The position numbers and the translations under genes were made by a program. A stretch of 64,000 nt of DNA. Source: an uncultured Chloroflexia bacterium (GTDB lineage Bacteria; Chloroflexota; Anaerolineae; CG2-30-64-16). The notes below the pieces were generated by a model, which saw only the letters and a program-made list of their open reading frames with translations, searched no databases and was not told the DNA's origin. Positions 18,407 to 29,123 of this stretch are shown here, in pieces (the first letter of the stretch is position 1; the number at the start of each line of letters is the position of its first letter). The stretch lies in contig CAWJEL010000010.1 in NCBI GenBank assembly GCA_963841825.1, positions 270,762 through 334,761 of the forward strand. The letters run 5' to 3'.

Positions 18407-18649
18407 TCCGCTCCAGATCCCACAGACGCCTACATTTGGAACTCCTGTGCCCCCGCTGGGCCAATCAGTTCTCCGCGCCAATAGGACAGGCTCGAGTAAT
18501 GTGTCGCTTTGGTTTGAAAATCTGTGCGGTCCTTGCGTGTGCTACAGCAAGTGCGACGCCGGTCGTGACGATTTGCTTGCCAGGGGTTTTCCAGCGCAAT
18601 GGGATACACTGCCCGACTTTGACCAGGCCATCCAGCGGAAAGAGATGTG

Positions 18650-18800
18650 ATATAATCGGCCCTGATCTGTCACTGTCCGTTCTTGGCGGGCTGCCAGAAG
18701 CGACGTGTTCGCCTTCCAGCGACCATCAAATAAGTCGCGCTGGATTTGTCCGGCGAGTTGATCCCGGACAGTGAAGTAGATTATGAAGATCGCGCTGGTG
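18650..18800 (+). pseudogene. Remnant of a sulfatase gene 3' end
   Basis: 18745-18795 (tgtccggcgagttgatcccggacagtgaag...atgaagatcgc) is homologous to 50538-50590, the last codons of the arylsulfatase (DLSGELIPDTEADMKIAMM); upstream similarity decays with indels. Confidence 0.55.
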
Positions 18801-18845
18801 GCAGTAGAATTAGATCGAATCCCCCAGCCATGAGAGTAACTGTTT

Positions 18846-19580
18846 ATGCGCACTGTCTATCCCAACCATCAGAGCTTCGTCGATGGCGCGGCCGCCTTCA
18901 TCGCCGGACAGGCGGTTGCATCTATCGCCACGCGCGGGTGTTTTACGCTCGCGCTCTCGGGCGGCAGTACCCCGCGGCCGGTCTATGCGCGTCTGGCCGC
19001 CGTGGACCACGACGATCGCATCGACTGGGGCAAGGTGCATGTCTTTTTCAGCGATGAGCGCTGTGTGCCGCCGGAGGACGCGGCCAGTAACTATCGCATG
19101 GCCCGCGAGGCGTTGTTCGATCACGTGCCCCTGCCGCCCGGCAACGTTCATCGTATGCGCGGCGAGGATGATCCGACGCAGGCGGCACTGGTGTATGAGC
19201 AAGAGCTGCAAGGCGTGTTCCACACGTCGGCGGCGCCGGCCTTTGACCTCATCTGCCTGGGGATGGGCGACGATGGGCACACTGCCTCGCTCTTTCCGGG
19301 CACGGCGGCGTTGCGCGAGCGTGAGCGTTGGGTCGTAGCGCAATACGTCGCCGTGGCAGTGGCGTGGCGCGTGACTTTCACCGCGCCTCTCATCAACGCC
19401 GCCCGCTACGTTGCCTTTCTCGTGGAAGGCGCAGGAAAAAGCGAGACGTTGTGGCGCGTCCTGGAAGGCCCCTATCAGCCGGATGTGCTGCCGTCGCAAT
19501 TGATTCAGCCGGTCAGCGGCCAGGCGCATTGGATTCGTGGATGCGGCAGCCGCGGCGAGAATTCAGTCAACATAACATAA
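18846..19580 (+). CDS. pgl: 6-phosphogluconolactonase
   Basis: LALSGGSTP, HVFFSDER, LGMGDDGHTASLFP signature motifs. Confidence 0.9.
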   Translation: MRTVYPNHQSFVDGAAAFIAGQAVASIATRGCFTLALSGGSTPRPVYARLAAVDHDDRIDWGKVHVFFSDERCVPPEDAASNYRMAREALFDHVPLPPGNVHRMRGEDDPTQAALVYEQELQGVFHTSAAPAFDLICLGMGDDGHTASLFPGTAALRERERWVVAQYVAVAVAWRVTFTAPLINAARYVAFLVEGAGKSETLWRVLEGPYQPDVLPSQLIQPVSGQAHWIRGCGSRGENSVNIT

Positions 19581-19590
19581 GGAATCAGGT

Positions 19591-20299
19591 ATGTCACAAG
19601 TCGATCCGGCCACCGATCCGCAGGTGGCTTTCAAGCGCGCGGCCGCGTGGCGCGCGGTGGCGTTCGTGCAGTCGGGCATGAAGCTGGGGTTGGGCACCGG
19701 CAGCACGGCGATCTATGCGACGCGGCGTATCGGCGAGATGTTGGAAAGCGGGGAGTTGCGCGACATCGTGGCGTTCGCCACGTCCAAGGGCACGTTCGCA
19801 GAAGCCGTGCGGCTCGGTATCCCCATGCTGTCCGACGACCTGCCGTGCGACCTGGACCTGACGATCGACGGCGCGGACGAGGTTGACCCGGAGCTGAACG
19901 TCATCAAGGGCGGCGGCGGCGCGCTGCTCCGCGAGAAGATCGTCGCGCAGGTCAGCCGCCGTGTGATCATCGTGGTGGATGAAACCAAGCCGTCGCCGCA
20001 GTTAGGCACGCACTGGCCGGTGCCCGTCGAGGTGATCCCCTTCGGCTGGCGTTCACAGGCCCGCTACCTGGAGTCGCTCGGCGCCACATACACCATCCGC
20101 CAGCGCGACGGCGGTCAGATTTGTGACCGACTCGGGCAATATGATCCTGGATTGTCGCTTCGGCCCGATCGCCGATGTGCGCGGTCTGGCCGCCACGTTC
20201 GGCGCGCGGGCGGGTATCGTCGAGCACGGCCTGTTCATCGATCTTGCGACCGACCTGATTGTGGCCGGCGCGGGCGGCGTTCAGTATCGCGCACGCTAG
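19591..20299 (+). CDS. rpiA: Ribose-5-phosphate isomerase A (apparent 1-bp frameshift near 20118)
   Basis: [25 protein letters not shown] in frame 1; C-terminal [14 protein letters not shown]...GIVEHGLF read by hand in a second frame ending at TAG 20297-20299. Confidence 0.85.
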
Positions 20300-20336
20300 A
20301 CCCCAAACCAACCTATAACATTCGAGGCCAACAGCC

Positions 20337-21718
20337 ATGAACTATCCGCCCGCCTTTCATCTCCTCGCCAAACCGTCCGGCGCGGTTTGCAATCTGGACT
20401 GCGCGTACTGCTTCTTTCTGTCCAAGGAGCTGCTGTACCCGGGCAGCCGCTTCCGGATGGCGGACGAGATGCTGGAGACCTACCTCCGCCAGTTGATCGA
20501 GGCGCACCAAACGCCGGAGGTGGCGGTGGCCTGGCAGGGCGGCGAACCCATGCTGATGGGGTCTGGACTTCTTCGAGCGCAGCGTCGCGATCGCACAGAA
20601 GTACTGCAAGCCGGGGATGACGATCGAGTACACGATCCAGACCAACGGCACGCTGATCGACGACGCGTGGGCCGCTTTCTTCAAGGCGCACAATTTTCTG
20701 GTGGGGATCAGCATCGACGGGCCGCGGGCCATGCACGACGCCTACCGCGTCGACAAAGGCGGCCAACCTACCTTCGACAGGGTGATGCGCGGGCTCAGCA
20801 TTCTGCAGCAGCATGGCGTGGAATACAACACGCTGACGACGCTGCACCACGCCAACGCGGATCATCCGGGCGAGGTCTATCGCTTCCTGCCGCGACGAGT
20901 GCGGCTCGCGCTTCCACCAGTTCATCCCGATCATCGAGCGCGTGGGCGAAGCCGATGCGGAGCGCGCGAACACGCCGCTGCGCACCGCTCAGCCGGCTCC
21001 GGGCGAAGTAGGCGGCCATCAATGGACCTCGTGGCGTGATCGGCCGTTGTACACGCAGGCGGGCGACTACGTCACCGACCGCTCGATCACGGCCGAGCAG
21101 TATGGCACGTTTCTGATCGGCGTCTTCGAGGAGTGGGTGCGCCATGACGTGGGCACGGTCTACGTGCAGATGTTCGATGTGGCGCTGGCCAACTGGTACG
21201 GCGAGCCGTCAGGGCTGTGCGTGCATTCCAAGACCTGCGGCCTGGCGCTGGCCCTCGAACACAACGGCGATCTTTACTCGTGCGATCACTTCGTGGAGCC
21301 GGACTACCGGCTGGGCAATATCACCGAAACGCCGATGATCGAGCTGGTGGCCTCGCCCCAACAAAGCAAGTTCGGCCAGGACAAGTTCGCCACCCTGCCA
21401 CGTTTTTGTCTGGAGTGTGACATGCGGTTCGCCTGTCATGGCGGCTGCCCGAAGGATCGCTTTATCCTCGCGCCCGACGGCCAGCCCGGGCTGAACTACC
21501 TGTGCGCCGGTTACAAGCGCTTCTTCCACCACATCGATCAGCCCATGCGGTTCATGTGTGAGGCGCTGCGGCGGGGCCGGGCGCCGTCGGAGATCATGCA
21601 GCGCTATGCCGCCTTCGATCAGCGGCTGCAGGAGCTGTTTGCCACGGCAGGGCGCAATGATCCCTGTCCCTGCGGCAGCGGCAGGAAGTTCAAGCAGTGC
21701 CACGGCCGCGGCGCGTGA
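20337..21718 (+). CDS. Anaerobic sulfatase-maturating enzyme (radical SAM, SPASM domain, C-terminal SEC-C-like CPCGSGRKFKQCHG); two apparent frameshifts (about 20560-20620 and 20890-20945)
   Basis: CNLDCAYCFF radical-SAM cluster and WQGGEPML in ORF 20337..; middle IQTNGTLIDDAWAAFF..GISIDGP..HDAYRVDKGG in ORF 20617..; SPASM cysteines (CDHFVEPDYRLGN, CLECDMRFACHGGCPKDR) in ORF 20942..21718. Confidence 0.85.
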
Positions 21719-21893
21719 TAGGTATACCGCAGGACGATCGAGGACTATCGGTGAGTTACGCACCCTGAGTGCTTCGCAATCGCACGGTGGCGTTTCATCG
21801 CGAAGCATTCACGCGAAGCACTCAGCGTTCGTGTCCCGGCAGTTTTGCGCTGTACCCCGCGTGATAACGCGTGATTGAAGCGAAGAGTGCCCC

Positions 21894-23181
21894 ATGACCA
21901 CAGGCATTGCGATTCTCGCCGTTCTGATCGTCCTGTACGCTGCGTTGGCTGCCAAGCTGGGGCGCTGGTCGATCACCATGCCGATAGTCTTTGTAGCGGT
22001 CGGGTTCCTGCTGGGGCCCAGCGGCGCGAACCTGCTGGTGATCTCGCCGCAAACCGAAACGGTGAAAGGGCTGACCGAGATCACGCTGGCGCTGCTGCTC
22101 TTCGCCGACGCCTCGACGCTCAAGCTGGAGCAAGTGCGCGACGACGCAGCCCTGTCGGGGCGGCTGCTGACCATCGGTCTGCTGCTCACCATTGCCGCCG
22201 GCGCGGTCGTCGCCTTGATCCTGCATCCGCAAGAAGGTCTGGCCTTCGCTTGCCTGCTGGGCGCCATCCTCGCGCCGACCGACGCGGCGCTCGGCCTGCC
22301 GATCTTCAACAACCCGCGGGTGCCGGTGCGCATCCGGCGGGCGCTGAATATCGAGAGCGGGCTGAACGACGGTATCGCCACGCCCTTTGTCCTGCTCTTC
22401 CTCGCCTACGCCGCGGCGACCGAGGGGCAGGCGTCCGGTGCATGGCTGAGCACCGCGGTGATCGAAATCGTGCTCGCTGTCCTGGCGGGCGTCGCCATCG
22501 GCGCGATCGGCGGCTGGCTGCTGGCGCAGACGACGCGCCGTGGCTGGACATCGGGCGGCGCGGAACAACTCGGAATTCTGGGGCTGGCGTTGGCTGCCTA
22601 TTTCGGCTCAGTGGCGATCGGCGGCAACGGCTTCATCGCCGCTTTCACCGGCGGCATCGTGTTCCGCGCGGTCTCGCACAGCCGCTTTATCGAGCCGACC
22701 GAGTTCACCGAGACCTTCGGCACCTTCCTGTCGCTGCTGGTCTGGGTCATCTTCGGCGCGCTTCTGGTCTCGGCCGTCTTGAGCAACCTGACCAATTGGC
22801 GTCCGATCCTCTATGCCATCCTCAGCCTGACAGTCGATCAGAATGGCGCTGGTGGCGCTCGCGCTGCGGGGCGTGGGCCTGCGCCGCGACACGGTCAGCC
22901 TGATGGGCTGGTTCGGCCCACGCGGGCTGGCCTCGGTGGTCTTTACGTTGATGGCGCTGGAGCGCTTCCAGGAGGTCAGCCGGCCGGTGGACACGCTGAT
23001 CGCCGCGGCCACCTGGACGATCCTGTTGAGCGTCGTGGCGCACGGCTTGTCGGCCATGCCGCTGTCGGCCTGGTATGCGCGGCGGCTGGCAGCGGCCACG
23101 GAGCCGCCGGTCGAGCTCGCCGGCATGTCCGAGCTGCGCCAGCGCCGCAGCGTCCTCGCCAGTCCCGCCAAGAAGGGCTAG
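21894..23181 (+). CDS. Monovalent cation:proton antiporter, CPA1 (NhaP-type) family; apparent frameshift near 22835
   Basis: Polytopic membrane protein with LAPTDAALGLPIF, IESGLNDGIATPF; C-terminal part (MGWFGPRGLASVVF...) in ORF 22843..23181. Confidence 0.8.
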
Positions 23182-23376
23182 ACACGACCGAGCAGGTAGT
23201 ACTGCGCCCACACTTTGCCGGAACCGCGCCCTGAGCCAGTCGAAGGGCAGTCTTCATTCAGCCAGCAAGAGGCGCTTCGACTGGCCAGCGCCGTACGTAC
23301 AGATAGAAGTGTGCTCTTAGTGTTAGCTCCGATTGATACTTGCCGGTCAGTGGGAATATGCTACAATTCCGGTCGC

Positions 23377-26167
23377 ATGTCTGCTCAAGTTTCAGCCCTG
23401 TTATCCACTAAGCTCAACCGGCCGCCGGTGACGGGGGACCGGGTTGACCGCCCGCGCTTGATCGAGCAGTTGAACCACAGTCTTCAGCAGGGCCCGTTGA
23501 CTCTGGTGTGCGCGGCAGCCGGCTTCGGCAAAACCACGCTGGTCAGCGCATGGCTCGAGAGCCTGGCCGCGGGTAGGGGCGGGGTCACCCCGCCCCTACC
23601 TTCCGCGTGGCTGTCGCTGGATGCAAGCGACAGCGACCTGGTGGTTTTCCTGCGTTACCTCGTTGCGGCGATTCGCACGGTCTTTCCCGAATCATGCCCC
23701 GAAACCCTCGCTTTGCTTGGCGCGCCCAGCCCGACAACCCAGGCGCAGCTCGTGATCGCACTCAGCAACGAGATCGAGCGACTGCCGGCGCGTGTCGTCC
23801 TGGTGTTGGATAACTACCACGCCATACGAGGCGAAGCCACGCACGATTTTCTGAGCGAGCTGCTACGCCACTGGCCGCAGCGCCTGCACCTGGTGCTGAT
23901 TTCGCGGAGCAATCCTCCCCTGCCGCTGGCGAACCTGCGCGCCAAAGGCCAGGTCGCTGAGATACGTACGCGCGATTTGCGTTTCACGCCGGAGGAAGCG
24001 GCTGCGTTTTTAGGGAAGGTGCTGGCGGCGCCGCTCAGCCCATCGGCTGTGGCCTTGCTCGATCAGCGTTTGGAGGGCTGGATCGCCGGCCTGCGCCTGG
24101 TGACCCTGTCGCTGGCCTCTGGAGCGGACGCGGAAACTAAGCTGGCCGGCCTGTCGGGCACCAGTGTCGAGATTGCCGACTATCTGGTGAACGAAGTCGT
24201 GTTCGCCCAGACGCCAGCGATGCTGAGATTTCTACTGGTGACCTCGATCCTGGATCGGTTCTGCGTCGATCTGTGCGTATGCGTCCTGGGCGGCGCCGCT
24301 GCCAGCGACGAACCGTCCTGCGACGTCCAGACCTGCATTGCGTGGCTGGAACGCAACAACCTCTTTGTGATTCCCCTGGACAACGAGCGGCATTGGTACC
24401 GCTATCACCATCTGTTCCAGGAACTGCTCCAGCGCAGATTGCTGGCCGATGTGGGTGCGGAGGAGGTGATCGAGCTTCACCGCAGGGCCGCAGCCTGGTT
24501 CGCGGGACAGGGTTTGATCGACGAAGCCCTGCGCCATGCTTTGGCCGTCGGACGACCTCGACATGGCCGCCCAACTGATGGCAGAGGGGCTTTGCGATGC
24601 GCTCAACCGGGAGGATCGAGCGACACTAGACCGCTGGCTGAACCTGCTGCCGGAAGATTTCGTCCAGCGCCGGCCCTGGCTTTTGATAATAAGGGCCTTC
24701 GCATTGCAGTTCGCCTGGCAGCTCCCCGCCGTGTGGAAGCTGCTCGGGCAGATCGAGGCGCTGCTGGACGAAGGGGCCGAGCCCGCACCACGCTCTGGCG
24801 AGGCCGCGCGGTACTCAGACGACCCGCATGATCTACCGGTGCTGCGCGGGTTGGTCGCCGTCTTGCGGGGTCAGGAGGCGTTTACCCAAGGCCAGGCAGC
24901 CCGCGCTATCGCCTGCTGCGGAGAGGCGCTTGCGCTTCTGCCTGAAGGGTGGGCCTATGGGCGCGGCGGCGCTCTGCTCTACTGGGCTATGAGCATGCGG
25001 GCCAGCGGCCGTGACGACGCTGCTCAACGCATGCTGCTCGACAAGTACGAGTCTCTGCCCTCGAAAACGGATGCTTATGCAGCGCGCCTCCTTTACGCTG
25101 TGTGTTTCAACGCCCTTGAGACCGGCCACCTTGAGCAGGCAAGGCAGATGGCGCAAGTGATGCTTGACCAGGCGTCGCCGGGCCGGTTGCTGATACGCCA
25201 GGGGTTCGCGCACTACTTTCTCGGCGTAGTGCATTACTGCTGGAATGAACTGGACGCCGCCAGGCCGCATTTCGAGTGGCTCGTCGACAAACGCTACGTT
25301 GTCCATGCGCAGGCTGCACGCAATGGCATGATCGGTCTGGCGCGAGTGCATCTGGCCAGGGCAGAAATCTCCGCGGCCTGGCCGATCATGGAGCTGCTCA
25401 GCCAACTTGATTTGGAGCGCCTGGGTCAGGAAGGCGATGATGCGCGTTCGCTGCTTGCACGACTGGCATATTTCCAGGGGGACTGGGAAAGGGCCTTCCG
25501 CTGGGCAGATGCCCATGCAACCTCGGCGCCGGACCGGTTGGTGAACTGGCTGCAGGACCCGCACCTGGCGAAGGCCCAGATTCTTCTAGCAAGAGGCACG
25601 GACGCGGATGTGGCGTCGGCGCTGGACATTCTGGATGCGCTGAATGAGATTGCCCAACGCAGCTACAGCACCCGCTTCCAAGTCGAGATCTTGGCCCTGC
25701 GCGCCCTGGCGCTCGAGGCGCAAGGGAAGGCTGTTGACGCACTCGCCGCGTTGCAGCAGGCGGTGGAACTCGCGCGGCCCGGCGGCATCATCCGGGCTTT
25801 CGTTGATCTGGGGCCGCCCATGCAGACCCTGTTGCGCCGCCTCGTCGGGCAAGGCTTTGCCGCCGAGACCGTGCGCCGCATCCTGGCCGCGTTCCCTGAG
25901 CCTCGCAAGCAGGGCGAAACCAGTGATGCCGGTTCGCGGATTCACGCTGCCAACGCCAGGCTCGTGGAACCCCTCACCGAACGCGAGCTGGAGGTCCTGG
26001 CGCTGTTGCGTGAGCGTTTGAGCAACAAGGAGATTGCCCGCCTGCTGTGCCTATCCCCAACGACCGTGAAGCGCCACCTCGTCAACCTCTACGGCAAGCT
26101 CGGCGTCAACAAGCGTTGGGACGCTGTGATCCAGGCCGAAGCCCTCGAAATCCTCCCTCCTCGCTGA
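23377..26167 (+). CDS. MalT-like STAND NTPase / LuxR-family transcriptional regulator, paralog 1 (apparent frameshift near 24540)
   Basis: N-terminal P-loop LTLVCAAAGFGKTTLVSAWLE; helical middle; C-terminal LuxR HTH LTERELEVLALLRERLSNKEIARLLCLSPTTVKRHLVNLYGKLGV. Confidence 0.8.
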
Positions 26168-26254
26168 TCTCCTTTTCCCCTGGTTGATCCTCCTACACCT
26201 TATTTACACCCTTGGGTGGTAGCGTTCCTCCACTGTTCGCGCTACACTGGCAGC

Positions 26255-26512
26255 ATGAAAGCTGTGTTATCTCCGAGCCGTTCTGGGTTTGATCGCCCGG
26301 CGACGTACCGAATTGGCGTGCTGGGCCGCATCCCCGCGAGATGGTGCGATCGCCTCGAAGGCATGACCATCACGGAGCGTTCATCGGATGCCGAGCCAAC
26401 TGTGACCACTTTGTTGGGCGAGCTGTCTGATCAGGCCGCCCTGGCCGGGGTGTTCAACACGCTCTACGAGCTGCATCTGCCGGTGCTTTCGGTGGAGCGC
26501 TTGTCCGCCTGA
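26255..26512 (+). CDS. Conserved ~90-aa protein of unknown function associated with MalT-like regulators (paralog 1)
   Basis: YRIGVLGRIPARWCDRLEGMTITERS...TTLLGELSDQAALAGVFNTLYELHLPVLSVERL; homologous to 43952..44230 and 59239..59505. Confidence 0.6.
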   Translation: MKAVLSPSRSGFDRPATYRIGVLGRIPARWCDRLEGMTITERSSDAEPTVTTLLGELSDQAALAGVFNTLYELHLPVLSVERLSA

Positions 26513-26681
26513 TGACGCTTCTGGAAAGGAGAGATCCAAACAGCAACCTCATTAACAACCCGAGAACACGCGGGGCTGACAGATGTTCTGCCTCTCAAGG
26601 AGCAGCCCTTTGCGTAGCGGGCAAGATCAGGGCAGCATGCAGTACTCAGGTGTTACGAGCCTGAAAGAAAGGAGACAAATC

Positions 26682-26990
26682 ATGCGAAGACGAGGAATAG
26701 GCGGCCCAGGACGAAGAGGCGTGATGCGCAGGCGGCGCGTAATGCGCAGACGAATGCGCAGACGAATGGTCGTCGGGGGTGCAGTGATACTTGCCGTTGG
26801 GACAAGTGCGACCAAGATGACCCAGAGTGAGGTACAGCAGGTCGAACAGCACACTGGAATGAAGGCTGAGGATCTTTCGGAAGAACAACTCGATACAGCC
26901 ATGAGCGAACTCGGCATCGAAGGGCAGGAACCTACAGATCAAGAGGTCGCTATGCTCGAGGCGGAAGAGGATAAGAACCCGTCCGTCTAA
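26682..26990 (+). CDS. Small Arg-rich N-terminus / single-TM / acidic C-terminus protein, unknown function
   Basis: Strong RBS aaaggaga 8 nt before ATG 26682; MRRRGIGGPGRRG... then hydrophobic VVGGAVILAVGTSAT; N-terminus resembles MMRRRG start of the SHOCT proteins at 44767 and 60072. Confidence 0.5.
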   Translation: MRRRGIGGPGRRGVMRRRRVMRRRMRRRMVVGGAVILAVGTSATKMTQSEVQQVEQHTGMKAEDLSEEQLDTAMSELGIEGQEPTDQEVAMLEAEEDKNPSV

Positions 26991-27058
26991 ATCGCATCGC
27001 AGGTGTGCCATCACCGCCGGCCCGATGATGAGCAACCGAATGAAGAAAGGAACTGACC

Positions 27059-28223
27059 ATGTCTACAGAAAGAGTTTCCACCACCGTACCCTTGAACTGG
27101 AAAGAGGTGTGGTTCACCAACTGCCCGATGGTATCCGCCAACAACGTCGACCAGGAGTTGGGGTGGTGCCGCGAGGAGTTCAAGAAGATCGGCGTCGAGT
27201 ACGCCTACTTCCGCTCCAACAACTTGAACAACTTCTATCCTCACTACATCCACAACCTCGACAACCTGATCCGCTTCGGCGGCCTCTACCCGCCGATCCA
27301 GGTACACGCTGATCTCCGCCGCACCGTGCTGTTGGGCGCAACATGGGTGTACGAAGGCGGCTGCATGGCCGTGCGCGCCCGCGACGACCTTTTCAGAATG
27401 ACCGATTTGAAAGGCAAGAAGGTCGGCATCTCGAAGAGTCTAAACACGATCAAGAATGACTGGTGGCGCGTCCAGGAACACATGGGCATCGATAACATGC
27501 TCAAGATCAATGGCATGACAATGGACGATATCGAGCTCGTGGAATTCCCCTACCCGGACGACTGGTACGACAAGCCTGAGATGCTGCAAGTGCCCATGAA
27601 CAACCCATCGGAGCTGTGGATGCGCCGTGATCACAAACATGATCTGGCCTTCCGCCCACTGGAGACGGCGCTGCTGGAGGGCACCGTCGATGCCATCTAC
27701 ACCCAGAGCAAGGTCTTCCAGCATCTGCAGGAGGCGACCGGCAAGATCAAGATGATCGAGGACCTGTCCAGATACCCGGACTGGACCATCCAGGTTGCCA
27801 ATACACCTGCTGTCATCACCTGCACCGACGGAAATGGCCAAGGAACACCCTGAGCTCGTCGTCGCCTACATGAAGGCCATGGTCAAGGTCGGCCGCTGGG
27901 CGAACGAACACAAGCGCGCCGCGGCAGTGATCCTGAACAAGCAGACCTTCTACCGGGACCCTGAGGATACATACGAGGGCATCAAGAACGTCGACATGGT
28001 GCCGAGCCTGAACGCGCAGAACATGGAAGCCATCAAGATCGGCAAGGATTTCATGTTGAGCCACGGCTACATCAAGAACGACTTCGATGTGTATAAGTGG
28101 GCGGCGCCGGAGTTCCTGGAGCAGGGAGTGAGGGAATGGCTCGAAGAAGAATGGCAGCGAACGAGCTGGAGCAAGCTTTCTGAGGGACGCGGGCTCCATA
28201 CGGAAGGCGTGCGGCTCGGATAG
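27059..28223 (+). CDS. DszB-like protein (2'-hydroxybiphenyl-2-sulfinate desulfinase homolog; SsuA/NMT1-like fold); apparent frameshift near 27800-27845
   Basis: N-terminal WFTNCPMVSANNV aligns with DszB TYSNCPVPNAL (active-site Cys); C-terminal YKWAAPEFLEQG aligns with DszB DQWAAPEFLNN; second ORF 27795..28223 continues the protein. Confidence 0.6.
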
Positions 28224-28319
28224 TCGGGCTGAAGTCAAGTTGAAGATGGGCGCCGAACATCACCGGGTTGCTGTTTGGCGCCCGACCGATAGGAACCACC
28301 CTTATGGAGGAGACTTCAG

Positions 28320-28889
28320 ATGAACACTGTTGAAATATCCACCCCGCATTCCAGCCACCAGGTGCGTGAAGGAAAAGTGACTAGCCTGGGCTTGTATGTC
28401 ACCGCCCGGGAAGCGTACGAGATGTGGCAGGCCGATCCCGAACGGATCAAGGTGCTCGACGTGCGAACCTTCGAAGAGTACGTCTTGATCGGCCATGCGA
28501 AGATGGCGGCAAACGTTCCCCTGGCCTTCCCCACCTACAATTGGGACGCCAACAAGGGAAATTATGCGATTGCGATCAATACCGATTTCATCGCGCATGT
28601 GAAAGAACGCTGCAAGCCGGATGACACGATCCTGGTCATGTGCCGGTCCGGCGATCGCAGCGCCAGGGCAATCAATACGCTGGCCAAGGCTGGCTTTACG
28701 AAGTTGCACAACGTCATTGATGGTTTTGAAGGGGATAAAGTAGAAGATCCCGAGAGCGTCTATTATGGCAAGCGGATGCGGAACGGCTGGAAGAACTCCG
28801 CTCCCTGGACCTATGATCTCGATCCAGCGTTGGTCTGGCTTCCTTCTGAGGGAGAGCTGGAAATACTCAGCAAGACCCTGGACCTGTGA
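28320..28889 (+). CDS. Rhodanese-domain sulfurtransferase
   Basis: Active-site loop VMCRSGDRSARA with catalytic Cys; rhodanese-like fold length. Confidence 0.85.
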   Translation: MNTVEISTPHSSHQVREGKVTSLGLYVTAREAYEMWQADPERIKVLDVRTFEEYVLIGHAKMAANVPLAFPTYNWDANKGNYAIAINTDFIAHVKERCKPDDTILVMCRSGDRSARAINTLAKAGFTKLHNVIDGFEGDKVEDPESVYYGKRMRNGWKNSAPWTYDLDPALVWLPSEGELEILSKTLDL

Positions 28890-28997
28890 TTTGGCTAAGG
28901 GATTCCTCCCATGAGCAGCCACACCATCAGCGGCAGGAAGCAGAACCACCGTACGGCCAAAGTCTGACGTAAAGCTGCGCTCGGCGGAGAGAAGCAC

Positions 28998-29048
28998 AGG
29001 TGCGCAGAGAAATGCGGCGAGGGAGTGGCTCTATTCCTCTGCGCACCT
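28998..29048 (+). terminator. Hairpin aggtgcgcagag / ctctgcgcacct downstream of rhodanese gene
   Basis: 12-bp perfect inverted repeat; shares CTCTGCG..CCTCTGCG motif with 61027-61093. Confidence 0.45.
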
Positions 29049-29123
29049 CTGCGTCAACGCGATTGCCTTCCTAGATCGTTTCCAAGTTGATCGGCGCAAG
29101 TACTGACAAGAGGAGCATTCTTC

